42,130 bases of DNA from Myxococcota bacterium (GCA_040752415.1 JBFMGU010000071.1:1-42130); one strand, 5' to 3'; counted from the stretch's first letter, positions 9,919-21,002 are shown. Notes: generated by a model from the sequence alone, not told the origin. A program made the numbers and translations.

Positions 9919-10749
9919 TCACCGCATCACCACGTAGCCCACGCCACCGGCCACCGCCGCCACGCCGCCCAGCAACCCCAGCAACACGCCCAATCCCAAC
10001 ACCGCCCATCCGCCCATCCATGCCAGGTTGAGCTGGTCGTAGTTCTTGTCGGCGCCGCGCGTGGTGTTGAAGTACGCCAACGTGCCCAGCGCCATGCCGC
10101 TGCCAAGGAGCGCGGTCACCACGCCCAGCACCCCCACCACCGCGCCCACGCCGCCCACGCCGCCGAGCGCCAGCGCGGGAACCGAGGGACCACCGCCGGA
10201 CGTCGCCTCGACGGGTGGCGGCGCGGGAACCTGCGGCGGCGCCGCGGGGGCCGGCGCGAGAACGAGCGGCGAGCCGCCGGGGAGATCCTTCAGCAGCTTC
10301 CCCACCACGCCGGGCATGGCCAGGAGCAGCGTGTCCTCACTGACGGCGGGGATGGACTCACTGACGGAGCCGGCGTTCTGTCCGGTGCGCACGCTCACCA
10401 GCGAGATGTTGAGCAGCCAGAAGCTGCCCACGCGCCCCAGCGTGCCGGTGATGAGGAAGTCCACGCCGAGACTGGCGGCCACCTCCGCCATGCACGAGGT
10501 GTCGGTGCACTGGAGGAGCTGCTTCTGCATCTCGAAGTTCAACGTGGCCTGCACCTCCTTGGCGCTGACCACGCGGGAGAAGCGGTTGCTCTCACGGATG
10601 TGCTTGATGAGGTTGTCGGTGAGGAGGTCGGCCAGGTCCGGGGTGACGCCCTGTCTGGCGGACAGCGGCGTCACCGCCACGCTGGGAGCCGGCTCCGCGC
10701 ACGCCACCATCAGCACCAGCGAAACCACCCCGAGCACGCTGCCTCCCAC
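9919..10749 (-). CDS. Exported protein with a CsgG/FlgO/TolB-N-like domain and C-terminal Gly-rich hydrophobic helices (start uncertain)
   Basis: VAVTPL..., LLQCTDTSCMAEVAASLGVDFLITGTLGRVG pattern common in myxobacterial proteins; the ORF-track N-terminus is repeat-derived. Confidence 0.7.
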   Translation of the reverse strand: MGGSVLGVVSLVLMVACAEPAPSVAVTPLSARQGVTPDLADLLTDNLIKHIRESNRFSRVVSAKEVQATLNFEMQKQLLQCTDTSCMAEVAASLGVDFLITGTLGRVGSFWLLNISLVSVRTGQNAGSVSESIPAVSEDTLLLAMPGVVGKLLKDLPGGSPLVLAPAPAAPPQVPAPPPVEATSGGGPSVPALALGGVGGVGAVVGVLGVVTALLGSGMALGTLAYFNTTRGADKNYDQLNLAWMGGWAVLGLGVLLGLLGGVAAVAGGVGYVVMR

Positions 10750-10800
10750 GACGACGCGAGCGCGGTCTTTAGCAGGGAATGGTGGCACCGGGGAAGACAG

Positions 10801-10986
10801 GGCGCCTTTCCCCCTCCCTCTCCCGCTCCCCCTCCCCCTCCCGGAAGTCCGCGCTCCGGGGCGACAACGGTTGCACGCGTTCTCCAGGGCGCTTCCCGCG
10901 GGGGGCCACCCACGGACGCGCTGCACCAGGGTCCACGGACTTCCGGGAGGGGGAGAGGGAGAGGGAGAGGGAGGGGGAAAGGCACC
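10801..10986. repeat. 51-bp imperfect inverted repeat of (CCCTCT)n/(AGAGGG)n tracts with an 84-bp spacer
   Basis: 10801-10851 versus the reverse complement of 10936-10986: 3 mismatches by eye. Confidence 0.9.
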
Positions 10987-11041
10987 GCCGCTGGCGTCCA
11001 CGCTTGCAACGGCTCACGCTCTCGGGCACGTACGCGCGCCC

Positions 11042-12620
<1,579 letters not shown>

Positions 12621-12634
<14 letters not shown>

Positions 12635-13385
12635 ACGGCTCCCGCGAGACCACGGCGCGCAGGTACCCCGGCGGCATGAACCCCGCCTCCACGTGCACGC
12701 CCGCCTGCGCACACAGGTGCAGCAGCGCACGCCGCGAATACATGCGACGCAGGCTCACCACGCCGTCACGGAACGCGGGGTAGTTGCCCAGCAGCCAGAT
12801 GGGCGGCGTGACCAGCAGCATCCACGGCGCGCGCCACCCGTCAATGATCACGAGCCGACGCGCCACGCGCGTGGCCTCCCGCAACAGCGACACCACCTGC
12901 GGCGGCTCCAGGTGGTGCAACGTCTGGGTCAGCACCGCCACGTCAAAGGACCCGTCGGCGAGCGCGAGCGCGGTGGCATCCAGCTGCAGCGCGGTGACGC
13001 CGCGGGAGCGGAGCCGCTCGTCGGCGGACATGGCGCGCACGTACTCGGCGGAGATGTCACTGGCCACCACGCGCGCGCGCAGCCCACGGGAGCGCAGCGC
13101 GTCCGCCATGGCCACACTGAGCGCACCATGCCCCGCGCCCAGCTCGAGCACGCGGGCTTCCGTGGCGTCGGCGGGGAGCTGGGAGAGCGTGGCACGGGAG
13201 AAGAGCCAGTACGCACCGGACCGACGGTTCCACCGGTCCAGCCCGGCAATCACCGCGGCCTTCCTGTGCTGGGGAATGGCGGGGTCGTCGAGCCACTCAA
13301 GGACGGTGGGCTCATACGCGCGGTCCCACCACGGCGCGCGTGGCCCCCCGCGAGGCATCCCGACCACCAGCTCTGGTGTGCTCAT
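12621..13385 (-). CDS. Class I SAM-dependent methyltransferase
   Basis: VLELGAGHG motif I, ASDIS, DATALALADGSFDV, TLHHL, REATRVARR. Confidence 0.9.
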
Positions 13386-13397
13386 GGGGTGCTCACG

Positions 13398-16394
13398 TCA
13401 CGGGAAATCAATCTGCAGGAAGTACGCGGCGCCATCGTCGTCGTCGTTGTAGTCCATGACGTGGACGTAGACGGTGGTGGCCGCGGGGATGGTGTGGTCC
13501 AGCGCGGAGCACCAGTTGCCGGGCACGCGGTCGTCGTTGCGCGCATTGGGGAAGATGGTGCCCTGGGTGTTGCGCACCGAGAGGATGGTGTCCAGCGGGC
13601 CGGTGCCGCAGTCGGGGCTGCCCACGCTGTTGCGCGTCTCGAAGTGCACGGCCACGGCGGTGGTGCCGGTGTTCTGCACGGCGAAGACATCCTCGTCGCC
13701 GAGCTGGCCGAAGGACGCGGAGATGAGCTCGTCCGTGGTGAAGGGTCCGTTGGCGTTGGCGGAGGAGAAGTCGTTGCCGAAGTTGTCCGGGCCCTGGGAG
13801 ACCGCGCCGTCATCATTGGGCTCACTCTCCGCCACCGTGCCCTCCAGCGTGCACTGGCTGCTGCAGCCGTCCCCGTTGTCCTGGTTGTTGTCGTCGCAGA
13901 CCTCACCGAACTGCAGGATGCCGTCGCCGCACACCGCGGGCTCCCACTGGCACGTGGCGCTGCATCCGTCGCCGTCATTGGTGTTGCCATCGTCGCACTG
14001 CTCATTGGGCTCCGGGATGTTGTTGCCGCACCCCGCCACCACGCATCGGGCCGTGCCGACATCACAGTAGGTACCAGGCGAGCACGGCTGGGACGACGGG
14101 GTGGCCACACAGGCGTCCCCCTCGTTGAGCGGCGGGTGCTCCGTCACGACGATGGTGAAGGGCCCGATGTCATCCGGCTGCCACGGCCCCACCACGATGC
14201 TGAGCTGTTGTCCCGGCGTCCCGCGGAGCCAACCCTGCTCCGGAGTGCCGCCGGCGACCGCGTCGCGACACAGCTGCTCCGTGGCGGGGTCCTCACAGGT
14301 GGTCCGGATGCTGAATCCCTGGTCGGTGGCGGAATCCAGCCGCACCAGCAGGTCCACGTCCGTGGTGGACTGCACGGTGTAGGCGAGGAAGAGGTCCGCG
14401 GAAGCAGCGTCGTTGCAGTTGGAGTCGGTGACGCTGGAGACGCCGGCAGTGTTGCCGCTGAAGGCGACACCGGGTTGCAGCGTGGTGGCAAGGGCGCATG
14501 CGTCGCCAAGTGGGTTGCGACACGCGTAGCCTCCGTTGCCGTCGACGCCACACGAGAGTCCCAGCGCGCAGACGTTGTCGATGCCTCGCGGGTCACACGT
14601 GCCGCCCTCCGGGATGACCGGGAGTGTGCCCAGCGTGGCCTCCACGGGGCTGCTGCGAAGGTACACCGCGTCCCGCACCACGACGCGCACCGCGACGAGC
14701 TGGTCGGGCTGCGTGAAGGCGCCGAAGTGGATGCTCAGCGGCTGGTTGGCCAGGTTGGTCTGCCCGCCCAGCCACGACAGCTCCAGGGGGAGCTCCGCGG
14801 GAACGGTCGCGGTCGCTCCGGTGGGAGTGGTGAACCCGAGGACAACCAGGTCGCCGTTGGCGTCGAGAAGGGTGAGGTCCACGCCCGCCATGTCCGCGTC
14901 GGGGTCGACGGCAGAGAACACCAGGTGCAGCGAATCCGGCGTGCCATCCTGGTCGCGGTCCAACTTGGCGGCGTTGACGGAGGAGAGCTCCGGCGCGGTG
15001 GGGGCGATGCAGACGTTGGACATCTGGGTCTCGTCCCAGCGGCAGATGAGTCCGTCGCGACAGCGCGAGTCGGCGCCACCGGGAACGCACGCGGCGCCAG
15101 CGTCGAGGATCACGCGCTCATGCACGGTGAAGGAGTAGCTGCCGGGGAACGAGTCGATTTGTGCGACGACGATGCTGACGGTCTCACCCGCCAACACGTT
15201 GATGAACTCGAGCGGACCGCCGCTGGAGCAGGCCACTTCCGAAGACTCATCCGCGCACACGCGCCGCGCGCTCACGATGACTCCGGGCTCGGGTGCGACC
15301 TCAACGAGAACGTCGCTGTCGACGGAGGCGGTGTGGAGGTAGATGACGTCCGGCCCGCCGCCAAAGACACACTGGAATTCGGTCACGTCGTCGGCGCCCA
15401 CGGTGGTACCGCTCACCGGCACATCCAGTTCCACAGCGGGTGCGGCCTGGCACGCCAGCGTCAGCGGGGAGACGAAGTCGCCGCAGGAGTGGGTGCCGTC
15501 GCCGTCGTCATTGCAGGCGTAGGGCGAGACACAGCGACTCGTGATGCCGTCGGGGTCGCAGTCCGCACCGTAGGCCACGATGTCGCGGAGCGAGGCCTCG
15601 AGGGAGAACGGCGCACCATCCTGCGCGCGCCACGCACCAACGAGGACGAACACGCTGGTCTCCGGCTGCACCCCGAGGATCTCGATGTGCTCGGCGCTTC
15701 CCTGACCGGCGTCATCCGCGCAGCCCAGCTCCGTGGGCGCGACACACGCGCTGCGCGCGAAGAGCACGTGGTCGCCCGTGGACGTGACGGTGAGGACGAG
15801 GTCGCGCGGGCTGCCCGCGGGCACCGCGTAGCTGAACGCCACGTCTCCACCGCCGGTCCGCCCGTCGAACGTGCACGCGCCGAGGACGAAGTCCGACGTG
15901 CTGCTGTTGTCTCCCTGGTTGAACCCGAGCTGCAGCGGGATGGGGTCCGTGCAATTCCCGGCGTGGAATCCGCCGGAGCTGGACGAGGAAGTCCCGACGT
16001 CGCCCGACGAGGAGCTGCTGGTGGACGAGGAACTGCTGGTGGAACCGCCCACATCCCCCGACGAGGAACTGCTGGTCGAAGTGTTGACGCTGCCCGACGA
16101 GGAGCTGCTGGTGGACGTGTTGACGCTGCCCGACGACGAGCTGCTGGTGGACGTGTTGACGCTGCCCGACGACGAGCTGCTGGAAGACGCGCTCGACGAC
16201 GACGAAGACGTCGCGGAGGACGACGCCTCTCCCGACGAGCTGTTGCCGCTGGAGGACGACGATTCCGTCACGATTCCACTGCTGCTGGACGCGCTGGTGG
16301 AACCCGAGCTGGACGCCGCGCCTCCGGAGGTGGTGAGACAACCCGTCAAGGGAATGGCCGCGCACAGTGCCACCCACGCCCATCCTCTCCGCAT
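13398..16394 (-). CDS. Large Ser-linker lipoprotein with myxobacterial cysteine-rich repeats (DUF4215-like) and PPC-like beta-sandwich domains
   Basis: Lipobox LTGC; long Ser tract; CGNNIPEPNEQCDDGN...GDGCSATC and CGDGILQFGEVCDDNN repeats; ESEPND and DTILSV motifs. Confidence 0.88.
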   Translation of the reverse strand: MRRGWAWVALCAAIPLTGCLTTSGGAASSSGSTSASSSSGIVTESSSSSGNSSSGEASSSATSSSSSSASSSSSSSGSVNTSTSSSSSGSVNTSTSSSSSGSVNTSTSSSSSGDVGGSTSSSSSTSSSSSGDVGTSSSSSGGFHAGNCTDPIPLQLGFNQGDNSSTSDFVLGACTFDGRTGGGDVAFSYAVPAGSPRDLVLTVTSTGDHVLFARSACVAPTELGCADDAGQGSAEHIEILGVQPETSVFVLVGAWRAQDGAPFSLEASLRDIVAYGADCDPDGITSRCVSPYACNDDGDGTHSCGDFVSPLTLACQAAPAVELDVPVSGTTVGADDVTEFQCVFGGGPDVIYLHTASVDSDVLVEVAPEPGVIVSARRVCADESSEVACSSGGPLEFINVLAGETVSIVVAQIDSFPGSYSFTVHERVILDAGAACVPGGADSRCRDGLICRWDETQMSNVCIAPTAPELSSVNAAKLDRDQDGTPDSLHLVFSAVDPDADMAGVDLTLLDANGDLVVLGFTTPTGATATVPAELPLELSWLGGQTNLANQPLSIHFGAFTQPDQLVAVRVVVRDAVYLRSSPVEATLGTLPVIPEGGTCDPRGIDNVCALGLSCGVDGNGGYACRNPLGDACALATTLQPGVAFSGNTAGVSSVTDSNCNDAASADLFLAYTVQSTTDVDLLVRLDSATDQGFSIRTTCEDPATEQLCRDAVAGGTPEQGWLRGTPGQQLSIVVGPWQPDDIGPFTIVVTEHPPLNEGDACVATPSSQPCSPGTYCDVGTARCVVAGCGNNIPEPNEQCDDGNTNDGDGCSATCQWEPAVCGDGILQFGEVCDDNNQDNGDGCSSQCTLEGTVAESEPNDDGAVSQGPDNFGNDFSSANANGPFTTDELISASFGQLGDEDVFAVQNTGTTAVAVHFETRNSVGSPDCGTGPLDTILSVRNTQGTIFPNARNDDRVPGNWCSALDHTIPAATTVYVHVMDYNDDDDGAAYFLQIDFP
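16057..16183. repeat. 36-bp coding repeat, ~3.5 copies (GSVNTSTSSSSS)
   Basis: CCCGACGAGGAGCTGCTGGTGGACGTGTTGACGCTG units within the Ser linker. Confidence 0.85.
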
Positions 16395-16474
16395 GTCCTC
16401 GCTCCCCGTGACGACACCATTGCCGGCCCACGGCGCGTAGCAAGGCGCGCAAACAAGCGTCAACCGACGCGGAA

Positions 16475-18967
16475 TCAGGGGAGTCGCGTGACGCGCAAGT
16501 CGTAGCGGCTGATGGCGGAGTCGAAGTTGTACTCGATGACGCGGATCACATGGTCCCCCGCCTGCGTGGCAGTGAACTCCAGCAGCGAGCAGGTGCTCGC
16601 ACCGCTGTCGTCGTCACACCGGATGCCGCGATCCACGGTGGGGCAGTCGTCGACGGTGGGCTCGGCCGTGAGGGGCGCGCGCGCCACGTCCACCACGGTG
16701 TCCGCACCCGAACAGGTTCCCTCCGTCTCGACGTAAGTCTCAATCTCGACGCTCTCCCCCGCAGCCAGCTGCACGACGTAGAAGTCCTGGTCCGTGCCGG
16801 CGCTCAGGGCCGCGTTGACCTTGTGCCACTCCGTGCAGAAGTCGGGGATCCGCTCCGGCGAGTCCCACGCTGTGTCAGTGAGCTCCGGGACACGGCATTC
16901 ATCCTGGCAGGTGGCGCTGCATCCGTCGGCGGACGTGGTGTTGCCGTCGTCGCAGGCCTCGTTGGCCTCCACCACGCCGTTGCCACAACCGGGAGGCGCA
17001 ATGCGCAGCCGCAGCGTGACGTTCCCCGGGCCGCCCACGCTGTCGACGTGGACCCAGCGCGTCTGTCCCGCCTGGATGGCCAGGGCCAGCGTTTCCACCT
17101 CGTCGGCGCCGCGCCGGTTGACACACGCCGTCTGCGCCGCGGCACAACCGGTTCCCGTCACCGCCAGGACGCCATCCATGAACGGCTCACTGTCCAGCGT
17201 CACATGCAACGCACCATCCTGCAGCGCGGTGACCTCGAACACCGTGTCCGGCGACGTCGCCGTGCTCGCGCAGCCCGCCGAGAAGTCGTTCCCCTGCCCC
17301 GCGGTGGAGAACGGCCCCACCACGACCTCGTCGGGGCCCACGCTGAGGACCACCGGCGCGCTGCACGACGCGCCCTCCGCGCCACAGGTGGGGGAGCAAC
17401 CATCACCGGGCAGCGCGTTGCCGTCGTCGCAGGCCTCCGCGCCTTCCACCACGCCGTTCCCGCACTCCGGCGTCATCACCCGCAGCACCACCCGGTATGA
17501 CGGCACCACCGCTCCCGCGAGCGCGCGGATGCGCACCAGGTAATCCCCATCGGAAGACGCCACGTACGTCAGGCGGGAGCAGGCGTCGGGACCACCGTCG
17601 TCGTCACAAGCCAGCGAGGTGCCACCGCACCCGGGCTCATTGGGGAGCGTGCCCACGGGCAGGGCGTGGAGGTCCAGGACCGTGTCGACGCCGGGGCAGG
17701 ACGCGGGGTCACCCAGGTCGGTGGAAGCCACGAGAACCTGGCCCGTCAGCAAGCTCACGACGACGAAATCCGCGTCATCCGACGAGAGCGCGGCTTCGAG
17801 GGAGAACACCTCGCACGCGGCGGGCGTGGCAACCGGCGCTTCCACGGTGGTGTCGACGTCCTCACCCACGCTGCAATCCACACCGCCCGACGAGGTGGAC
17901 CCGCCGCTGGACGAGGATGTCCCGCCGGATGAGCTGCTCCCCGACGAGCTGCTGGTGGAAGGCTCCTCCCAGCACCCGTAGTCATGCAGCACGAGGGAAT
18001 CCCACGTGCCATCCCCGTTGCGGTCATGGTGGACCTGCACGAGATTGCCGGCCGGGTCGTAGCCGTACGCCGCCACCGCCTGCACCGTTCCCGACGGCAT
18101 CCCGCGCCACTCCCGACGCGACACACGCCCGTCGACGTAGGTCATGGTCACGCGCAGCTCGACGCTGCCGTTGGCGCCGTCGTCGACATCCGTCTGCACG
18201 AGCAGGCCGTCCTGGTAGGTGTGCGTGAGGCGCTGGTCGGGAATGCCGTCGTCATAGAGGTCCACGTCCTCGGTGGCGGCGGTGTCGGTGCGCGTCCAGC
18301 TGACACGTCGGAGCACGCGCCCGGTGGAAATCTCCCGCCATTCCTCCGTGGTCACGCGGCCCTCCTGGTCATGCCTGCGGGTGATGTTGAGATCCGGGAT
18401 GCCGTCTCCGTCGTGATCCACGGTGCTGGCCACCTGCAGCCCGTCCTCGTACGCGTGGGTCACAACGCGGTCCGCGCGACCATCCCGGTCCCGGTCCTCC
18501 TCCTCCCGGAGAAGCTGCTCACCCGCCCACGAACGCGTGATCCGCGACTCCGCCTCACCATCACGCCCCACGTCCTCCTCCTCCCGGCACGACCCCGGCC
18601 GCAACACATCCGACCCATGTAGCGGCTCCCCGGAAGACGACGACGAGGTGCTGCTGGCGGAGGACGCACTGGACGACGAGGAGGCGGAAGACCCCGAGGA
18701 GCTGGCAGCGCTGGAGGTGGTGGCGGCGGAAGACGTTGTGGACGTGATCCCCGAGGACGAGCTTGTCGACGAGCTGGCACTGGAGCTGCTGGCGCTGGAA
18801 GAAGCGGAAGAGCTGCTGAAGCCGCCGGATGAAGCGCTGGAGGAGGAAGAAGAGCTTGCGGCGGCCGCCGTGGATCCCGTTGTTGCGCCCGACCCACCCG
18901 TGCACGCCCATGGCCCCCACAGCACCGCCACCAGGCCGCAGGCGCCCGCCACACCACGCCGCATCAT
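16475..18967 (-). CDS. Large Ser-linker lipoprotein with DxDxDG beta-hairpin repeats, cysteine-rich repeats and PPC-like domains
   Basis: Start reset to MMRRGVAGAC..GPWAC (GAGGAG RBS); DRDGRAD, DHDGDGIPD, DRNGDGTWD; two CGNGVVE..EACDDGN repeats. Confidence 0.85.
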   Translation of the reverse strand: MMRRGVAGACGLVAVLWGPWACTGGSGATTGSTAAAASSSSSSSASSGGFSSSSASSSASSSSASSSTSSSSGITSTTSSAATTSSAASSSGSSASSSSSASSASSTSSSSSGEPLHGSDVLRPGSCREEEDVGRDGEAESRITRSWAGEQLLREEEDRDRDGRADRVVTHAYEDGLQVASTVDHDGDGIPDLNITRRHDQEGRVTTEEWREISTGRVLRRVSWTRTDTAATEDVDLYDDGIPDQRLTHTYQDGLLVQTDVDDGANGSVELRVTMTYVDGRVSRREWRGMPSGTVQAVAAYGYDPAGNLVQVHHDRNGDGTWDSLVLHDYGCWEEPSTSSSSGSSSSGGTSSSSGGSTSSGGVDCSVGEDVDTTVEAPVATPAACEVFSLEAALSSDDADFVVVSLLTGQVLVASTDLGDPASCPGVDTVLDLHALPVGTLPNEPGCGGTSLACDDDGGPDACSRLTYVASSDGDYLVRIRALAGAVVPSYRVVLRVMTPECGNGVVEGAEACDDGNALPGDGCSPTCGAEGASCSAPVVLSVGPDEVVVGPFSTAGQGNDFSAGCASTATSPDTVFEVTALQDGALHVTLDSEPFMDGVLAVTGTGCAAAQTACVNRRGADEVETLALAIQAGQTRWVHVDSVGGPGNVTLRLRIAPPGCGNGVVEANEACDDGNTTSADGCSATCQDECRVPELTDTAWDSPERIPDFCTEWHKVNAALSAGTDQDFYVVQLAAGESVEIETYVETEGTCSGADTVVDVARAPLTAEPTVDDCPTVDRGIRCDDDSGASTCSLLEFTATQAGDHVIRVIEYNFDSAISRYDLRVTRLP

Positions 18968-19112
18968 CAACGTCTCCTCCGCAGGAAATGGCCCGTCTGT
19001 AGCGGGTTGCCGTGGTTTCCACCAGCACGGAGCCACGCTTTCTGACGACGTCATGGGAATGCCTGGGTTGTGGCGCGGAGCGTCGGGCCCCTCCGGGGGG
19101 TTGCCGGATGCA

Positions 19113-19143
19113 TTGACCCACCCTGCCCTCACGGCTCTATAAG
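19113..19143 (+). promoter_or_regulatory. Candidate sigma70-type promoter of the BMC operon
   Basis: TTGACC ... TATAAG about 35 nt upstream of the first BMC ATG; spacing of 19 nt is long. Confidence 0.4.
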
Positions 19144-19177
19144 CCCGCCAGCCGTTGTCCCCTCCTGAGGGCTCCGC

Positions 19178-19816
19178 ATGTCCGTCACGCTCCGCTCGTA
19201 CGCATTCCTGGACTCCCTGCAGCCGCAACTGGCCGCGCACATCTGCACCACCTGCCGCGGTTTCTATCCCGTCCCCTACGTGGCGAGCTTGTTCGTGGAG
19301 ATTGCGCCCGGCATGGCCATCCACCGCCTCATGGACGTGGCGCTCAAGAAGACCAAGGTGAACCCCGCCACGTTGGTGGTGGAGCGCGCCTACGGCATGT
19401 TGGAGGTCCACCACGAGGACAAGGGTGAGGTGCAGAGCGCCGGCGCGGCCATCCTGGAGCAGCTGGGCGCCAAGCTGGAGCACCGCATCAAGCCCAAGGT
19501 GGTGAGCAACACCATCATCCGCGCCATTGAGCCCATGCACGCCATGATCATCGACAAGATCCGCTTTGGCTCCATGATCGAGCCCGGGCAGAGCATGCTG
19601 GTGCTGGAGACGGAGCCCGCGGCGTACGTGGCGCTGGCCGCCAACGAGGCGGAGAAGGCCGCGAACATCAAGCTGGTGGACGTCACGCCCTTTGGCGCCT
19701 TTGGCCGCTTGTACCTGGCCGGGCCGGAGGCGGAGATCGACGAGGCGGCCAAGGCGGCCACGGCGGTGCTGGAGAGCATCACGGGCCAGAGCGGGGCGCC
19801 TTCCAAGGACAAGTGA
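19178..19816 (+). CDS. BMC-T(dp) stacked-trimer shell protein (CsoS1D/CcmP, H. ochraceum BMC-T2-like)
   Basis: [63 protein letters not shown]. Confidence 0.93.
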   Translation: MSVTLRSYAFLDSLQPQLAAHICTTCRGFYPVPYVASLFVEIAPGMAIHRLMDVALKKTKVNPATLVVERAYGMLEVHHEDKGEVQSAGAAILEQLGAKLEHRIKPKVVSNTIIRAIEPMHAMIIDKIRFGSMIEPGQSMLVLETEPAAYVALAANEAEKAANIKLVDVTPFGAFGRLYLAGPEAEIDEAAKAATAVLESITGQSGAPSKDK

Positions 19817-19885
19817 TTTTCTGAAGCTCAACCCTAGACCACGTCCGCCGCAGGACAGGGCCGGCGGAAGAAGAGAAGAGGAACC

Positions 19886-20182
19886 ATGTCTGACGCGCTG
19901 GGCATGATCGAGACCAAGGGCTTTGTGGGGATGGTGGAAGCTGCCGACGCCATGGTGAAGGCCGCCAAGGTGGAGCTGGTGGGCTACGAGAAGATTGGCG
20001 GAGGATTCGTCACCGCCATCGTTCGTGGCGACGTGGCCGCGGTGAAGGCCGCCACGGAAGCCGGCGCGCGCGCTGCCGAGCGCGTGGGTGAGCTGGTGAG
20101 CGTCCACGTGATTCCGCGTCCGCACGCCAACATCGACCTGGCGCTGCCGCTGGGTCGCAAGTCCACCGCCCCCGCGAAGTGA
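19886..20182 (+). CDS. BMC-H hexameric shell protein (EutM/PduA/CcmK family)
   Basis: [37 protein letters not shown]; strong purine-rich RBS. Confidence 0.98.
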   Translation: MSDALGMIETKGFVGMVEAADAMVKAAKVELVGYEKIGGGFVTAIVRGDVAAVKAATEAGARAAERVGELVSVHVIPRPHANIDLALPLGRKSTAPAK

Positions 20183-20406
20183 TGATGCGGTGGGTGACAG
20201 CGGGCCTGGCCGCGCTGGCCCTCCTGGCGGGTTGTTCCGGTGTCCCGGCGGGTTTGCCGGGGACGGCCACCTGCCAGGTGGGTCGCAGCCAGCGCACCGT
20301 GCGCTGCGACGAGATCTGTGCCGAGGCCGACAGCGCCCGTTCCGAGACGGAGCGCAACGAGCTGAGGCAATGCGCCGCGGACGCCTGCGGCCAGTCGTGC
20401 GAGTGA
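20182..20406 (+). CDS. Small Cys-rich lipoprotein A inside the BMC operon
   Basis: [18 protein letters not shown] lipobox; 6 further Cys; start overlaps the BMC-H stop (TGATG). Confidence 0.75.
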   Translation: MMRWVTAGLAALALLAGCSGVPAGLPGTATCQVGRSQRTVRCDEICAEADSARSETERNELRQCAADACGQSCE

Positions 20407-20416
20407 GGTTGCGCCC

Positions 20417-20707
20417 ATGATTCTGGGTCAGGTGGTGGGGACCGTGGTGGCCACGCGCAAGGAGCCCGTGCTGGAAGGGCTCAAGCTGCTGCTGGTGCGT
20501 GGCATGGACACCGAGGGCAAGCTCACCGGCGGCGTGGTGGTGGCGGTGGACGCGGTGGGCGCGGGCGTGGGTGAGGTGGTGCTGTACGCCGCCGGCTCCT
20601 CCGCGCGGAACACCACGGTCACCAAGGACAAGCCGGTGGACGCCACCATCATGGCCATTGTGGACCAGATGGAGGTGGGCGGCGTGGTGAAATACCAGAA
20701 GGAATGA
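20417..20707 (+). CDS. BMC-P pentameric vertex protein (EutN/CcmL family)
   Basis: [43 protein letters not shown]. Confidence 0.98.
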   Translation: MILGQVVGTVVATRKEPVLEGLKLLLVRGMDTEGKLTGGVVVAVDAVGAGVGEVVLYAAGSSARNTTVTKDKPVDATIMAIVDQMEVGGVVKYQKE

Positions 20708-20985
20708 GGCGCATGCCGCATGCGCGCCTTCCCCGCCTCCCCGTCCCACGCGCCGCGCGCTGGCTCCTGCTGGCGGCCCTCACGTTGTGCGGCTGTGGTC
20801 CGGTCCAGCTGGAATGCACCGTGTGCGGCGAGCCGCAGAGCTTCACCACCTGCCAGGATTTGTACTGTCGCTACCTGGCGGCGGGCAGCCTGTGCGCCAC
20901 GCGGGACCTGCAGGAGTGCTTCAGCCGGTACGGCTGCCCATCTCCGTATTTCCTCTTCTGTCCGTCGGACACGAGGAATGAGTGA
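20704..20985 (+). CDS. Small Cys-rich lipoprotein B inside the BMC operon
   Basis: Basic n-region, [12 protein letters not shown] lipobox, 8 further Cys including CTVC; ATGA overlap with the BMC-P stop. Confidence 0.68.
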   Translation: MRRMPHARLPRLPVPRAARWLLLAALTLCGCGPVQLECTVCGEPQSFTTCQDLYCRYLAAGSLCATRDLQECFSRYGCPSPYFLFCPSDTRNE

Positions 20986-21002
20986 GTGTGAAGGGAACTG
21001 CC

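Noticed and set aside
15871..16440. Asp/Glu/Leu-rich acidic ORFs (also 9561-10031 and 18423-19142)
   Set aside because: They are the antisense reading of poly-Ser linker codons.
18968..20749. 1424-aa ORF apparently extending antisense across the BMC genes
   Set aside because: The real start is near 18967 (RBS, signal peptide, lipobox); the extension is stop-free antisense of the shell genes.
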